Below are positions 18,309 through 26,449 of a stretch of 64,000 bases of DNA, piece by piece. The notes under the pieces were generated by a model, which searched no databases, was not told the DNA's origin, and saw only the letters and a program-made list of their open reading frames with translations. Numbering within the stretch: position 1 is the stretch's first letter; each line of letters starts with the position of its first letter. The translations under genes were made by a program, and so were the position numbers. This DNA is from Candidatus Eiseniibacteriota bacterium (lineage in GTDB: Bacteria > Desulfobacterota > Binatia > DP-6): the NCBI GenBank assembly GCA_035577985.1, contig DATJZY010000014.1, positions 569 to 64,568 on the forward strand. Reading direction: 5' to 3'.

Positions 18309-19400
18309 CTAGACCTCCGGGCGCGGAGCGACAATCCCTCGGGTCGTCACATGACGGCGCGAGCGGTCGAGCATCGGCGCCTCGACGAGATGCCACGAGG
18401 CGATCGCGAACGGCAGTGTGACGAGAAACGCGGCAACGAAGAAGGGCCGCTCGGGGAGCTTCGGCCCGAAGACGTGCAGGATCACCTGCTGCACGGGATA
18501 CGCGTACAGGTAGAGGCCGTACGAGAAGTCGCCGAAGCGCCCGAAGCGCGCGAGCGGAAGCCACGACGCGCAGGCGAGGTAGAGGAGCAGGTAGGCACCG
18601 GCGACCGGGAAGATCCAGACGAGTCCGCCCGCGCGCGCGGCGACGAGGAGCGCCACGGCCGCGGCCGCCGCGAGCGCGCCGCGATAGGGAACGTGGTCGC
18701 GGAATTCGTAGAGCGCCATGCCGGTCGCGTAGCAGGCGAGGAGCTTCGCGCCCCAGCTCGCCCAGGTGGGCGCGGCGACGCCGGAGGCGTGCAGCAGGGC
18801 GTTTCCGGCGACCGACCCGGCGGCGATCGCGATCACGGCCGGCCGCCAGATCCGCCGGCCGAGCATGCCCACGATGCCGGTCATGACGTAGCAGGCGATC
18901 TCGTAGCGCAGCGACCAGAGCGAGCCGTTCAGCTGGTTCTTGAACGTGTTGCGTGGGAACACGCCGGGGACGGCACTCCACGCGTGCGCGAAGAGCCCGG
19001 GGAAGTGGAGCCACGTCCGCGCCGACGTGAGGTACGTGCCGAGCGGCTGCGTCGTGACGAAGGGGCCGATCGCGAAGACGCCGACGGCCATCGCCACGAG
19101 GAGCCCCGGCAGCACGCGCCGCGCCCGTTTCTCGGCGAAGCGGGCGAGGCCGGCCGTTCCGAGCCAGCTCTGCGTCACCAGGAAGCCCGACACGATGAAG
19201 AAGCCCTCGACGCCGACGGCGCCCCCGCTCATCTGCCGCCCGGAGAAGGCGAGGAGCGGATCGAGCTCGGCGTCGAGCGAGTACGCGTGCGACCACAGGA
19301 CCAAGGTCGCGAGCGCGAAGCGGAGCGCGTCGAAGTTGTTGCGGCCGCGATCGTACGCCGTCGCGAGCGTTCGGCCCACGTCAGTCGAGCTCGAACTCAC
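18309..19400 (-). CDS. Acyltransferase family 3 (OafA-like O-acyltransferase) membrane protein
   Basis: NNFDALRFALATLVLWSHAY ... GVEGFFIVSGFLV ... WSLRYEIACY, with about 10 TM segments. Confidence 0.85.
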   Translation of the reverse strand: MSSSSTDVGRTLATAYDRGRNNFDALRFALATLVLWSHAYSLDAELDPLLAFSGRQMSGGAVGVEGFFIVSGFLVTQSWLGTAGLARFAEKRARRVLPGLLVAMAVGVFAIGPFVTTQPLGTYLTSARTWLHFPGLFAHAWSAVPGVFPRNTFKNQLNGSLWSLRYEIACYVMTGIVGMLGRRIWRPAVIAIAAGSVAGNALLHASGVAAPTWASWGAKLLACYATGMALYEFRDHVPYRGALAAAAAVALLVAARAGGLVWIFPVAGAYLLLYLACASWLPLARFGRFGDFSYGLYLYAYPVQQVILHVFGPKLPERPFFVAAFLVTLPFAIASWHLVEAPMLDRSRRHVTTRGIVAPRPEV

Positions 19401-21207
19401 GGCGCCAGTCGACGTCGTCCGAGAGGGGCGGCTGCCGCTCCTTCAGGAGGACGAACGAGCCGATGACGAGCGCGTCCATCTCGGTGCGCATGAAGCACCG
19501 CCACGAGTCGCGCGGCGTGCACACGATGGGCTCGCCGCGGACGTTGAAGCTCGTGTTGACGACGACCGGGCATCCCGTGAGCTCGTGGAAGCGCGAGAGC
19601 AGCGCGTGGTAGCGCGGATTCGTCTCGCGGTGCACGGTCTGGATGCGCGCCGAGTAGTCGACGTGGGTCACCGCCGGGATCGACGAGCGCGGCACGTTCA
19701 GGCGCTCGATGCCGAACAGGCGCTCCTGCTCGGGCGTCATCGCGATCCGGTGCTCGGGCCTCACGGCGGCAACCAGCAGCATGTACGGCGAATCGACGTC
19801 GAGCTCGAACCACTCGCGCACGTGCTCGCGCAGCACCGACGGCGCGAACGGCCGGAAGCTCTCGCGGTGCTTGATCTTGAGGTTCATCACCGACTGCATC
19901 TTCGGCGAGCGCGCATCGCCCAGGATGCTGCGGGCGCCGAGCGCGCGCGGACCGAACTCCATGCGGCCCTGGTGCCAGCCGACGACCTTCTCGTCGGCGA
20001 GCAGGCGCGCCGTGCGGTCGACGAGCGCCGCCTCCGAGTCGCAGCGCTCGTACACCGCGCCGAGCTCCCGCAGGACGCGCTCGACGTCGGCGTCGCCGTC
20101 GGCCGGACCCAGGTACGCGCCGCGCATCGCGTCGCCCTCGGAGTAGAGCCGGCGATCGTTGCCGAGCACCTTGTGGTGGATGGCGAGCGCGACGCCCACG
20201 GCGCCGCCCGCGTCGCCGGCGGCGGGCTGGATCCACAGGCGCCGGAAGGGCCCTTCGCGCAGCAGCCGGCCGTTGCCGACGCAGTTGAGCGCAACGCCGC
20301 CCGCGAGGCAGAGGTTCTCCATCCCCGTCTCGCGGTGCACGTGCCGCGCCATGCGCAGCATGATCTCTTCGGTCACGACCTGGATCGACGCTGCGATGTC
20401 CATCTCCCGCTGGGTGAGCGGCGCCTCGGGCCTGCGCGGCGGTCCGTCGAACACCTCGTCGAACGCGGGACGCGTCATGGTGAGGCCGTCGAGGTAGCCG
20501 AAGTGGCGCATGTCGAGCTTGAGCGAGCCGTCGTCTTTCAGCTCGACGATGCGCTCGAAGATCCGGTCGACGTACTTCGGCGTCCCGTAGGGCGCGAGGC
20601 CCATCACCTTGTACTCGCCGGAGTTGACCTTGAACCCGGTGTAGTAGGTGAACGCCGAGTAGAGGAGCCCGAGCGAATGCGGATAGTGGAGCTCCGCCCA
20701 CAGCTCGAGGTCCTTGCCGCGGCCGACGCCGTACGACGACGTCGCCCACTCACCCACGCCGTCGATCGTGAGCACCGCCGCCTCGACGAACGGCGACGGG
20801 TAGAACGCGCTCGCGGCGTGCGACTCGTGATGCTCCGTGAACAGGAACTCGCCCGCGAAGCCGTCGAGCTCGCGCGCGAGGAGGCCGCGTGTGAAGAGCT
20901 TCTCCTTCAGCCACACCGGCATCGCGGCGAGGAAGGACCGCAGCCCGCGCGGCGCCACGCCGAGGTACTGCTCCAGCAGCCGTTCGAACTTGAGGAGGGG
21001 CTTGTCGTAGAAGCCGACGTAGTCGACGTCGCGGATCGTGATCCCGGCTTCGCGCAGCACGTAGGCGACGGCGTGGCGGGGAAACGACGCGTCGTGCTTC
21101 TTGCGGGTGAAGCGCTCCTCCTGCGCCGCCGCGACGATCTCGCCGTCGCGCACGAGGCACGCCGCCGAGTCGTGGTAGAACGCGGAGAGACCGAGGATCG
21201 TCGCCAT
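19381..21207 (-). CDS. Carbamoyltransferase (NodU/CmcH family)
   Basis: C-terminal 608 codons of ORF 19381..22458: MATILGLSAFYHDSAACLV ... HHESHAASAF ... VVNTSFNVRGEPIV. Its ATG overlaps the upstream stop as TGATG. Confidence 0.9.
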   Translation of the reverse strand: MATILGLSAFYHDSAACLVRDGEIVAAAQEERFTRKKHDASFPRHAVAYVLREAGITIRDVDYVGFYDKPLLKFERLLEQYLGVAPRGLRSFLAAMPVWLKEKLFTRGLLARELDGFAGEFLFTEHHESHAASAFYPSPFVEAAVLTIDGVGEWATSSYGVGRGKDLELWAELHYPHSLGLLYSAFTYYTGFKVNSGEYKVMGLAPYGTPKYVDRIFERIVELKDDGSLKLDMRHFGYLDGLTMTRPAFDEVFDGPPRRPEAPLTQREMDIAASIQVVTEEIMLRMARHVHRETGMENLCLAGGVALNCVGNGRLLREGPFRRLWIQPAAGDAGGAVGVALAIHHKVLGNDRRLYSEGDAMRGAYLGPADGDADVERVLRELGAVYERCDSEAALVDRTARLLADEKVVGWHQGRMEFGPRALGARSILGDARSPKMQSVMNLKIKHRESFRPFAPSVLREHVREWFELDVDSPYMLLVAAVRPEHRIAMTPEQERLFGIERLNVPRSSIPAVTHVDYSARIQTVHRETNPRYHALLSRFHELTGCPVVVNTSFNVRGEPIVCTPRDSWRCFMRTEMDALVIGSFVLLKERQPPLSDDVDWRREFELD

Positions 21208-21602
21208 CAGAACTGCTGCCGGTAGCGCGCCGGATCGACCGGTCCGCGCTGGCGCTTGACCCAGTTCGACGCGCGACCATCGCGCATGGTGCGATCGAGG
21301 GGATCGCCCGAGAGCCGCCGGATCCACCCGACCGGCGTGATCACGAGATAGAACAGCGCGGTGAGGATGATGCGCGTGTTCACCCGCCCCAGGACCTCGG
21401 CCATGGCCATCCAGGCGCGCTCGACCGGAGCGAGGAGCGCGGGCGCGACCAGCCCGCCCACGACCAGCGGACCGCCGAGCGCCCACATGACGCGCGGGGC
21501 GATCACGTGGCCGCGCCACCAACTGACGCTGCCGAGCAACAGGAACACGCCGCCGACGGAGAGGCCGAACCTCCGCAGCGCCGACCGCGAGGGCGCGGGC
21601 AT
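21207..21602 (-). CDS. SxtJ family membrane protein
   Basis: Trimmed to ATG 21602 (MPAPSRSALRRFGLSVGGVFLLLG). Two TM segments, and the conserved position upstream of a carbamoyltransferase. Confidence 0.7.
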   Translation of the reverse strand: MPAPSRSALRRFGLSVGGVFLLLGSVSWWRGHVIAPRVMWALGGPLVVGGLVAPALLAPVERAWMAMAEVLGRVNTRIILTALFYLVITPVGWIRRLSGDPLDRTMRDGRASNWVKRQRGPVDPARYRQQF

Positions 21603-21769
21603 CAGAAGATCGTGTAGATGAACGGCGCGACTGCCGAGCTCTGCGCGAGCACGAGGAACCCACCGAACAGGGCGAGCACGACGATGATGGGCCCGAGCCA
21701 CCACTTCTTGCGCTCGCGCAGGAAGGCCCAGATCTCACCCACGGTGGACACCTGACCGGATCGCGGCAT
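21602..21769 (-). CDS. DUF5989-like small membrane protein (55 aa; not in ORF track)
   Basis: MPRSGQVSTVGEIWAFLRERKKWWLGPIIVVLALFGGFLVLAQSSAVAPFIYTIF. Its stop overlaps the next ATG as TGATG. An alternative GTG start lies at 21751. Confidence 0.65.
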   Translation of the reverse strand: MPRSGQVSTVGEIWAFLRERKKWWLGPIIVVLALFGGFLVLAQSSAVAPFIYTIF

Positions 21770-21818
21770 GCCGATTCTCGCGCGCCACAGTCTGCTACGC
21801 GGCCGGGACCTGTCAAGC

Positions 21819-21848
21819 TTGGCCGCCCGACCACGACCGTGCTTTGAT
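21819..21848 (+). promoter_or_regulatory. Candidate sigma-70 promoter, leaderless-type, for the nitroreductase gene
   Basis: TTGGCC-N18-TTTGAT, then 7 nt to ATG 21856. Confidence 0.3.
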
Positions 21849-21855
21849 CCGCGCC

Positions 21856-22494
21856 ATGGAGCTCACCATGCCCCTCGAGGAGGCGATGCGGACCCAGCGT
21901 GCGATCCGCCGCCTGAAGCCCGATCCGGTCGACGACGCGCTCGTGCTGCGGCTGATCGAGCTCGCGCTGAAGGCGCCGTCGGGATCGAACCAGCAGAACT
22001 GGGAGTTCGTGGTCGTGAAGGACCGCGCCGTGAAGGAGAAGCTCGGGCGCCTCAACGCCGGCATGTTCCGCATCTACGGGGGGATCGGCCGGCGCATGTC
22101 GCGCGACCAGCCGAAGATGCTTCGCATCCTCGACGCCGTACGGTGGCAGACCGAGCACTTCGCCGAGATTCCCGTGCTGGTGGTCGCGTGCCTGCGCGGC
22201 TTCCGCGCCGCGTGGCCGCCGGTCATCGCCACCAGCTACTACGGGTCGATCTACCCGTCGGTGCAGAACCTGCTGCTCGCCGCGCGCGCCGCCGGCCTCG
22301 GCGCCGCGCTCATCACGATGCCGCTGTGGAGCACGTTCCTCGCGCGCCGCGCGCTGGGCCTCCCGTGGAGCGTCACGCCCTGCGCCGTCGTCCCCCTCGG
22401 CTGGCCGCTCGGCAAGTACGGCCCGACCACCCGCCGTCCCGTCGGCGAGGTCGTCCACCTGGACCGCTACGGCAACCAGCCCTTCAAGAGCTGA
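21856..22494 (+). CDS. Nitroreductase family protein
   Basis: RAIRRLKPDPVDDALVLRLIELALKAPSGSNQQNWEFVVV. ATG 21856 is preferred over the listed TTG 21844. Confidence 0.85.
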   Translation: MELTMPLEEAMRTQRAIRRLKPDPVDDALVLRLIELALKAPSGSNQQNWEFVVVKDRAVKEKLGRLNAGMFRIYGGIGRRMSRDQPKMLRILDAVRWQTEHFAEIPVLVVACLRGFRAAWPPVIATSYYGSIYPSVQNLLLAARAAGLGAALITMPLWSTFLARRALGLPWSVTPCAVVPLGWPLGKYGPTTRRPVGEVVHLDRYGNQPFKS

Positions 22495-22498
22495 GCAG

Positions 22499-23647
22499 CT
22501 ACCGCACCGCCCGGAAGAACGCGCGCACGTCGTCGACCAGCGCCGCCGGCTCCTCCATGGCGGCGAAGTGCCCGCCCGCCGGGAAGCGCGTCCAGCGCGC
22601 GACGTCGTAGAGCTTCTCCACCCACGAGCGCGGCGGCCGGAAGAGCTCCTTCGGGAAGATCGCGCAGCCGACCGGGACGTTCACGCGAAAGCCCTGCGGC
22701 GGGAATTTCCCGGCGTGGACCATCTCGTAGTAGAGCCGCGCCGAGCTGGTCGCGGTCTCCGGGACCCAGTAGAGCATGATGTTCGTCAGCAGCTCGTCCT
22801 TGGTGAAGCGCCGCTCGACGTCGCCGTCGCAGTCGCTCCAGGTGCGGAACTTCTCGACGATCCAGGCGGCGAGCCCCGCGGGCGAGTCGTTGAGGGCGTA
22901 GCCCAGCGTCTGCGGCTTCGTGCCCTGGATGCGCTGGTAGCCCGTTTCCTCCTCCAGAAAATGCTGCATCGGCATCATGTCGACGACCTCGTCCTGGGTG
23001 AGGCCGTCGAGCGGATTCGCCGGGTCGGGCGGGAACGCCACGACCATGTTCAGGTGGACGCCGGCGACGACGTTCGCGTGGTTCGCGCCGAGGTACGTGC
23101 TCACCATCGAGCCCCAGTCGCCGCCCTGCGCACCGAAGCGCGTGTAGCCGAGCCCGGGCATGAGCTCCGCCCAGAGCGCGGCGATCCGCTCGGCGTCCAT
23201 GCCGGGCGCGCGCGCGTGATCCGAGAAGCCGTAGCCCGGCATCGACGGGCACACGACGTCGAAAGCGTCGGCCGGATCGCCGCCGTGGGCCGCCGGGTCG
23301 GTGAGCGGCCCGATGATCTTCACGAACTCCGCGACCGACCCCGGCCAGCCGTGCGTCACGACCAGCGGGAACGGCTTCGGCCCCTTCCCCTTCACGTGGA
23401 TGAAGTGGATGCCGAGGTCGCCGACGCGGGCGCGGAACTGCGGAAACGCGTTGAGGGCAGCCTCGTGCCGCCGCCAGTCGTAGCGATCCCGCCAGTACGC
23501 GACCAGCTCCTTGGCGTAGGCGAGGTTGGTCCCGTAGGTCCAGGCGGAGTCCGCGATCTCGTCGGGAAAGCGCGTGCGCGCGAGGCGCTCGCGGAGATCT
23601 GCGAGCACCCCGTCGGATACGCTGATGCGGAACGGCTCGACGTGCAT
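22499..23647 (-). CDS. Epoxide hydrolase (microsomal EH-like alpha/beta hydrolase)
   Basis: N-terminal EHN region (FRISVSDGVLADLRERLARTRFPDE), HGWPGS, and GGDWGS. Confidence 0.9.
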   Translation of the reverse strand: MHVEPFRISVSDGVLADLRERLARTRFPDEIADSAWTYGTNLAYAKELVAYWRDRYDWRRHEAALNAFPQFRARVGDLGIHFIHVKGKGPKPFPLVVTHGWPGSVAEFVKIIGPLTDPAAHGGDPADAFDVVCPSMPGYGFSDHARAPGMDAERIAALWAELMPGLGYTRFGAQGGDWGSMVSTYLGANHANVVAGVHLNMVVAFPPDPANPLDGLTQDEVVDMMPMQHFLEEETGYQRIQGTKPQTLGYALNDSPAGLAAWIVEKFRTWSDCDGDVERRFTKDELLTNIMLYWVPETATSSARLYYEMVHAGKFPPQGFRVNVPVGCAIFPKELFRPPRSWVEKLYDVARWTRFPAGGHFAAMEEPAALVDDVRAFFRAVR

Positions 23648-23669
23648 GCGGCGCTTCTACACTCGATTT

Positions 23670-23694
23670 CGAGCCACGACTACGTCGTGGCTCG
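23670..23694. repeat. GC-rich palindrome, REP-like family member a
   Basis: cgagccacgac-tac-gtcgtggctcg, an 11-bp stem. Confidence 0.7.
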
Positions 23695-23753
23695 AGGTGG
23701 GACGCGAGAGTGTCGCGATCGTTCCACCAACGCCCCACCCTCGCGTCCTTCCC

Positions 23754-23780
23754 CCGAGCCAAGACGTCGTCTTGGCTCGG
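23754..23780. repeat. GC-rich palindrome, REP-like family member b; likely terminator of the gene ending at 23783
   Basis: ccgagccaagacg-t-cgtcttggctcgg, 3 nt after the stop codon. On the minus strand it is followed by GGAAGGACGCGAGGGTGG. Confidence 0.7.
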
Positions 23781-23782
23781 TT

Positions 23783-25849
23783 CTACGGCAGGCCGTAGGC
23801 GCGAACGCCTCCTGCGGCACCGAGCCCGTAGCCGACGTAGAGCGTCCCGTCGACGATCGTCGGGCCGGCCGCGACCGAACCCGGCAGGGTGAACGTCTTC
23901 AGCCGCGTGCCGGTGGTCGCGTCGTAGACGTAGACGTCGGTCCCCGCCAGCGACCCCGCGACGACGAGCCCGCCGCCGATGCCGACGCTGCCCCACGACG
24001 GCCCGATCTCGTCCTCCCACGCCGTCGACCCGTCGACGGCGCTGAACGCCATCAGGTGCTTCGGCGCCGGGTTGAGCGACGGCGAGTGATCGTAGAGCGC
24101 CGCGAAGAAGCGGTCGCCCGCGAAGCCGACGGCGCCGTTGAAGAGCCCGAAGCCCGCGAACGCCGGCGTGACCGGGATCGGCACGACGGCGCGCGTCCAG
24201 ATCGCCCCTCCGGACGCGGGGTCGCGCGCGTACAGCGATCCGTTCTTGCTGCCGGAGACGACCAGCTCGCGCGTTCCGCCGAGGCCGTCGTCGGCCTCGA
24301 CCACGATCGGACCGTTCAAGAACCCGAAGTCGTGGTACACCGACTTCGGATTGCACGCGCCACCGCCGACGAAGGCGCAGTCGGCCGAGCCGCGACAATC
24401 GACCGACGTGTCGTTGGCACAGGCGTTGAACTGCTCGGGCGGATTGACCCGTGTCTTCCACACGACGTTGCCGGTCGCGGCGTCGAGCTTCAGGATCGAA
24501 TCCTCGTCGCCGATCGACGGGAAGGTGAAGCAGCCGACGGTGTTCGCGTAGACGAAGTCGCCGGTCGCGTCGGTCGAGACGGTCGCGGTGACGCCGGCAC
24601 CGCGGGCCTGGATGCAGGCGCCGCCGTCCGGGCACTCGGCGTCCGTGGTGCAGGCGATCGCGGTGTCGGAGTCGCAGATCTTGTCGGGGATCATCGCGTG
24701 GACCCACTGGACGCTGCCGGTGTCGAGATCGAGCGCCACCAGGCGGCCCTGCGTGCACGGGACGTCGGAGTGCGACGCGATGCCGATGAAGACGCGGCTG
24801 CCCACGACGGTGGGCGAGGCCCAGATTTGGTCGACAGAGGCGTCGCCGATCGGTGTCTTCCACAGGAGCTTGCCCGTCTTCCCGTCGAGGCAGTGTACGA
24901 CCGCCGCCGCGTCGCCGACCAGGACGCGGCCGTCCGCCGTGAGCGTCACGGAGCCCGTGATCCCCGGCGCGAGTCCGATCGACTGCGACTGCGTGTCGTA
25001 CTTCCACTTGAGGCCGCCGTTCGTCTGCTTGGCGGCCACCACGAACCCGTTCCAGGAGCCCACGTAGACGAGGCCGAAGCCGACGGTCGGCGTCGACGTC
25101 ACGGCGTTGGTCGAGGCGCCGATCTCGGTCTGCAGATCGAGCGCCCACTTCTGCACGAGCGTGCTCGCGTTGCCGGGGTTGAGGACGGTCTCGAGCGGCG
25201 TCGCGCGCGTGTTGCGGTGATCGTAGCCGTGGCTCGGCCAGCCGCGCGGGATGCAGGTGAGCTTCAAGGTATCCGCGTCGACCCCGGCCGCCGTCGTCGC
25301 CTTCAGCTTCACCTTCTTCTTGGCTCGCTTGAAGCGGCCGAGCCCGTCGGGGCCCTTGAGCGGGACCGTGAGCGTGCGGCCCGTCGTGCACACGTTCGCC
25401 GTCGCCGGCACGAGCGCCGAGAGCGCGCTCTGCAGCGCGGCCAGCTCCGCGTCCTTGGTGGTCCCGCTCACCGCGACGGCCGTCACATCGGCGGGGGTGC
25501 AGCTCGGCAGCGCGGGATCGGCGTTCCGCAGACAGACGTCGACGTCGAACACGCACTGGTCGTTGGCGACGCCGTCGCGGTCGCACGCGACGTCGCCGTC
25601 GAAGCAGCGTACCTCCTTGCCGGCCTTCGGGCGCGCCGGATCGAATGCGGGATAGTTGAGACGGATCCCCTCGCTCGTGAACTCGGCCTGGCAGTCGAGC
25701 GCCGGATTGGCGCCGCCGGGGATCGCGCACGACGGCGGGCAGACGGCGTACGCGCCCAGTGGCACCAGCAGGGCCGCGAGGACTGTTGAAAGCGGGTGCG
25801 CAGCGCGCACCCGCGCAGGCGTGACACGAATGCGAGCGACGTTCGTCAT
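23783..25849 (-). CDS. Secreted PQQ-like beta-propeller repeat protein with an N-terminal Cys-rich module
   Basis: Trimmed to ATG 25849. Cys-rich module: CFDGDVACDRDGVANDQCVFDVDVC ... TLKLTCIP. It is followed by repeated G.V.ALD..TG...W propeller blades. Confidence 0.85.
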   Translation of the reverse strand: MTNVARIRVTPARVRAAHPLSTVLAALLVPLGAYAVCPPSCAIPGGANPALDCQAEFTSEGIRLNYPAFDPARPKAGKEVRCFDGDVACDRDGVANDQCVFDVDVCLRNADPALPSCTPADVTAVAVSGTTKDAELAALQSALSALVPATANVCTTGRTLTVPLKGPDGLGRFKRAKKKVKLKATTAAGVDADTLKLTCIPRGWPSHGYDHRNTRATPLETVLNPGNASTLVQKWALDLQTEIGASTNAVTSTPTVGFGLVYVGSWNGFVVAAKQTNGGLKWKYDTQSQSIGLAPGITGSVTLTADGRVLVGDAAAVVHCLDGKTGKLLWKTPIGDASVDQIWASPTVVGSRVFIGIASHSDVPCTQGRLVALDLDTGSVQWVHAMIPDKICDSDTAIACTTDAECPDGGACIQARGAGVTATVSTDATGDFVYANTVGCFTFPSIGDEDSILKLDAATGNVVWKTRVNPPEQFNACANDTSVDCRGSADCAFVGGGACNPKSVYHDFGFLNGPIVVEADDGLGGTRELVVSGSKNGSLYARDPASGGAIWTRAVVPIPVTPAFAGFGLFNGAVGFAGDRFFAALYDHSPSLNPAPKHLMAFSAVDGSTAWEDEIGPSWGSVGIGGGLVVAGSLAGTDVYVYDATTGTRLKTFTLPGSVAAGPTIVDGTLYVGYGLGAAGGVRAYGLP

Positions 25850-25903
25850 GCAGAACCTCGACGGGACTATGCCATTGCTCGTGCGCCGGCGGGAAGGAGA
25901 AAG

Positions 25904-25932
25904 TTGCATTCACCCATCCGACCCTCGATAAG
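25904..25932 (+). promoter_or_regulatory. Candidate sigma-70 promoter for slyD
   Basis: TTGCAT-N17-GATAAG. AGGAGG follows 7 nt later, and the ATG is at 25958. Confidence 0.4.
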
Positions 25933-25957
25933 CCGGCCAGGAGGGGCCACTCCAATC

Positions 25958-26437
25958 ATGCAGGTCGCACGTCATACCGTCGTCTCGATCGACTACACGC
26001 TCACGAACGACGAGGGCGAAGTCATCGACACCTCGAAGGGCGCCGAGCCCCTCTCCTACATTCACGGCACGGGGCAGATCGTCCCCGGGCTCGAGGCCGC
26101 GATGACCGGGCGCGGCGTCGGCGATTCGTTCCGCATCCGGATCGAAGCCTCGGAGGGCTACGGCGAGCGCGATCCCGATCTCGTCCAGGCCGCGAAGCCC
26201 TCGCAGTTCGGCGGCGAGACGCCCGAAGTCGGAATGCAAGTGCGCGCCGACGGGCCCGACGGCGCGCAGATCTTCACGATCGTCGGGGTCGAAGGCGACC
26301 GGGTGACGCTCGACGGCAACCACCCGCTCGCGGGCATGCCGCTCACGTTCGACGTCGCGATCGTCGGCGTGCGCGCGGCCACGGCGCAGGAGGTCCAGCA
26401 CGGCCACGCGCACGGGGACCACGGCAAGGATCACTGA
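25958..26437 (+). CDS. slyD: FKBP-type peptidyl-prolyl cis-trans isomerase SlyD
   Basis: VVSIDYTLTNDEGEVIDTS ... LDGNHPLAGMPLTFDV, plus the His-rich tail HGHAHGDHGKDH. Confidence 0.9.
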   Translation: MQVARHTVVSIDYTLTNDEGEVIDTSKGAEPLSYIHGTGQIVPGLEAAMTGRGVGDSFRIRIEASEGYGERDPDLVQAAKPSQFGGETPEVGMQVRADGPDGAQIFTIVGVEGDRVTLDGNHPLAGMPLTFDVAIVGVRAATAQEVQHGHAHGDHGKDH

Positions 26438-26449
26438 GCGAGGAGCACG

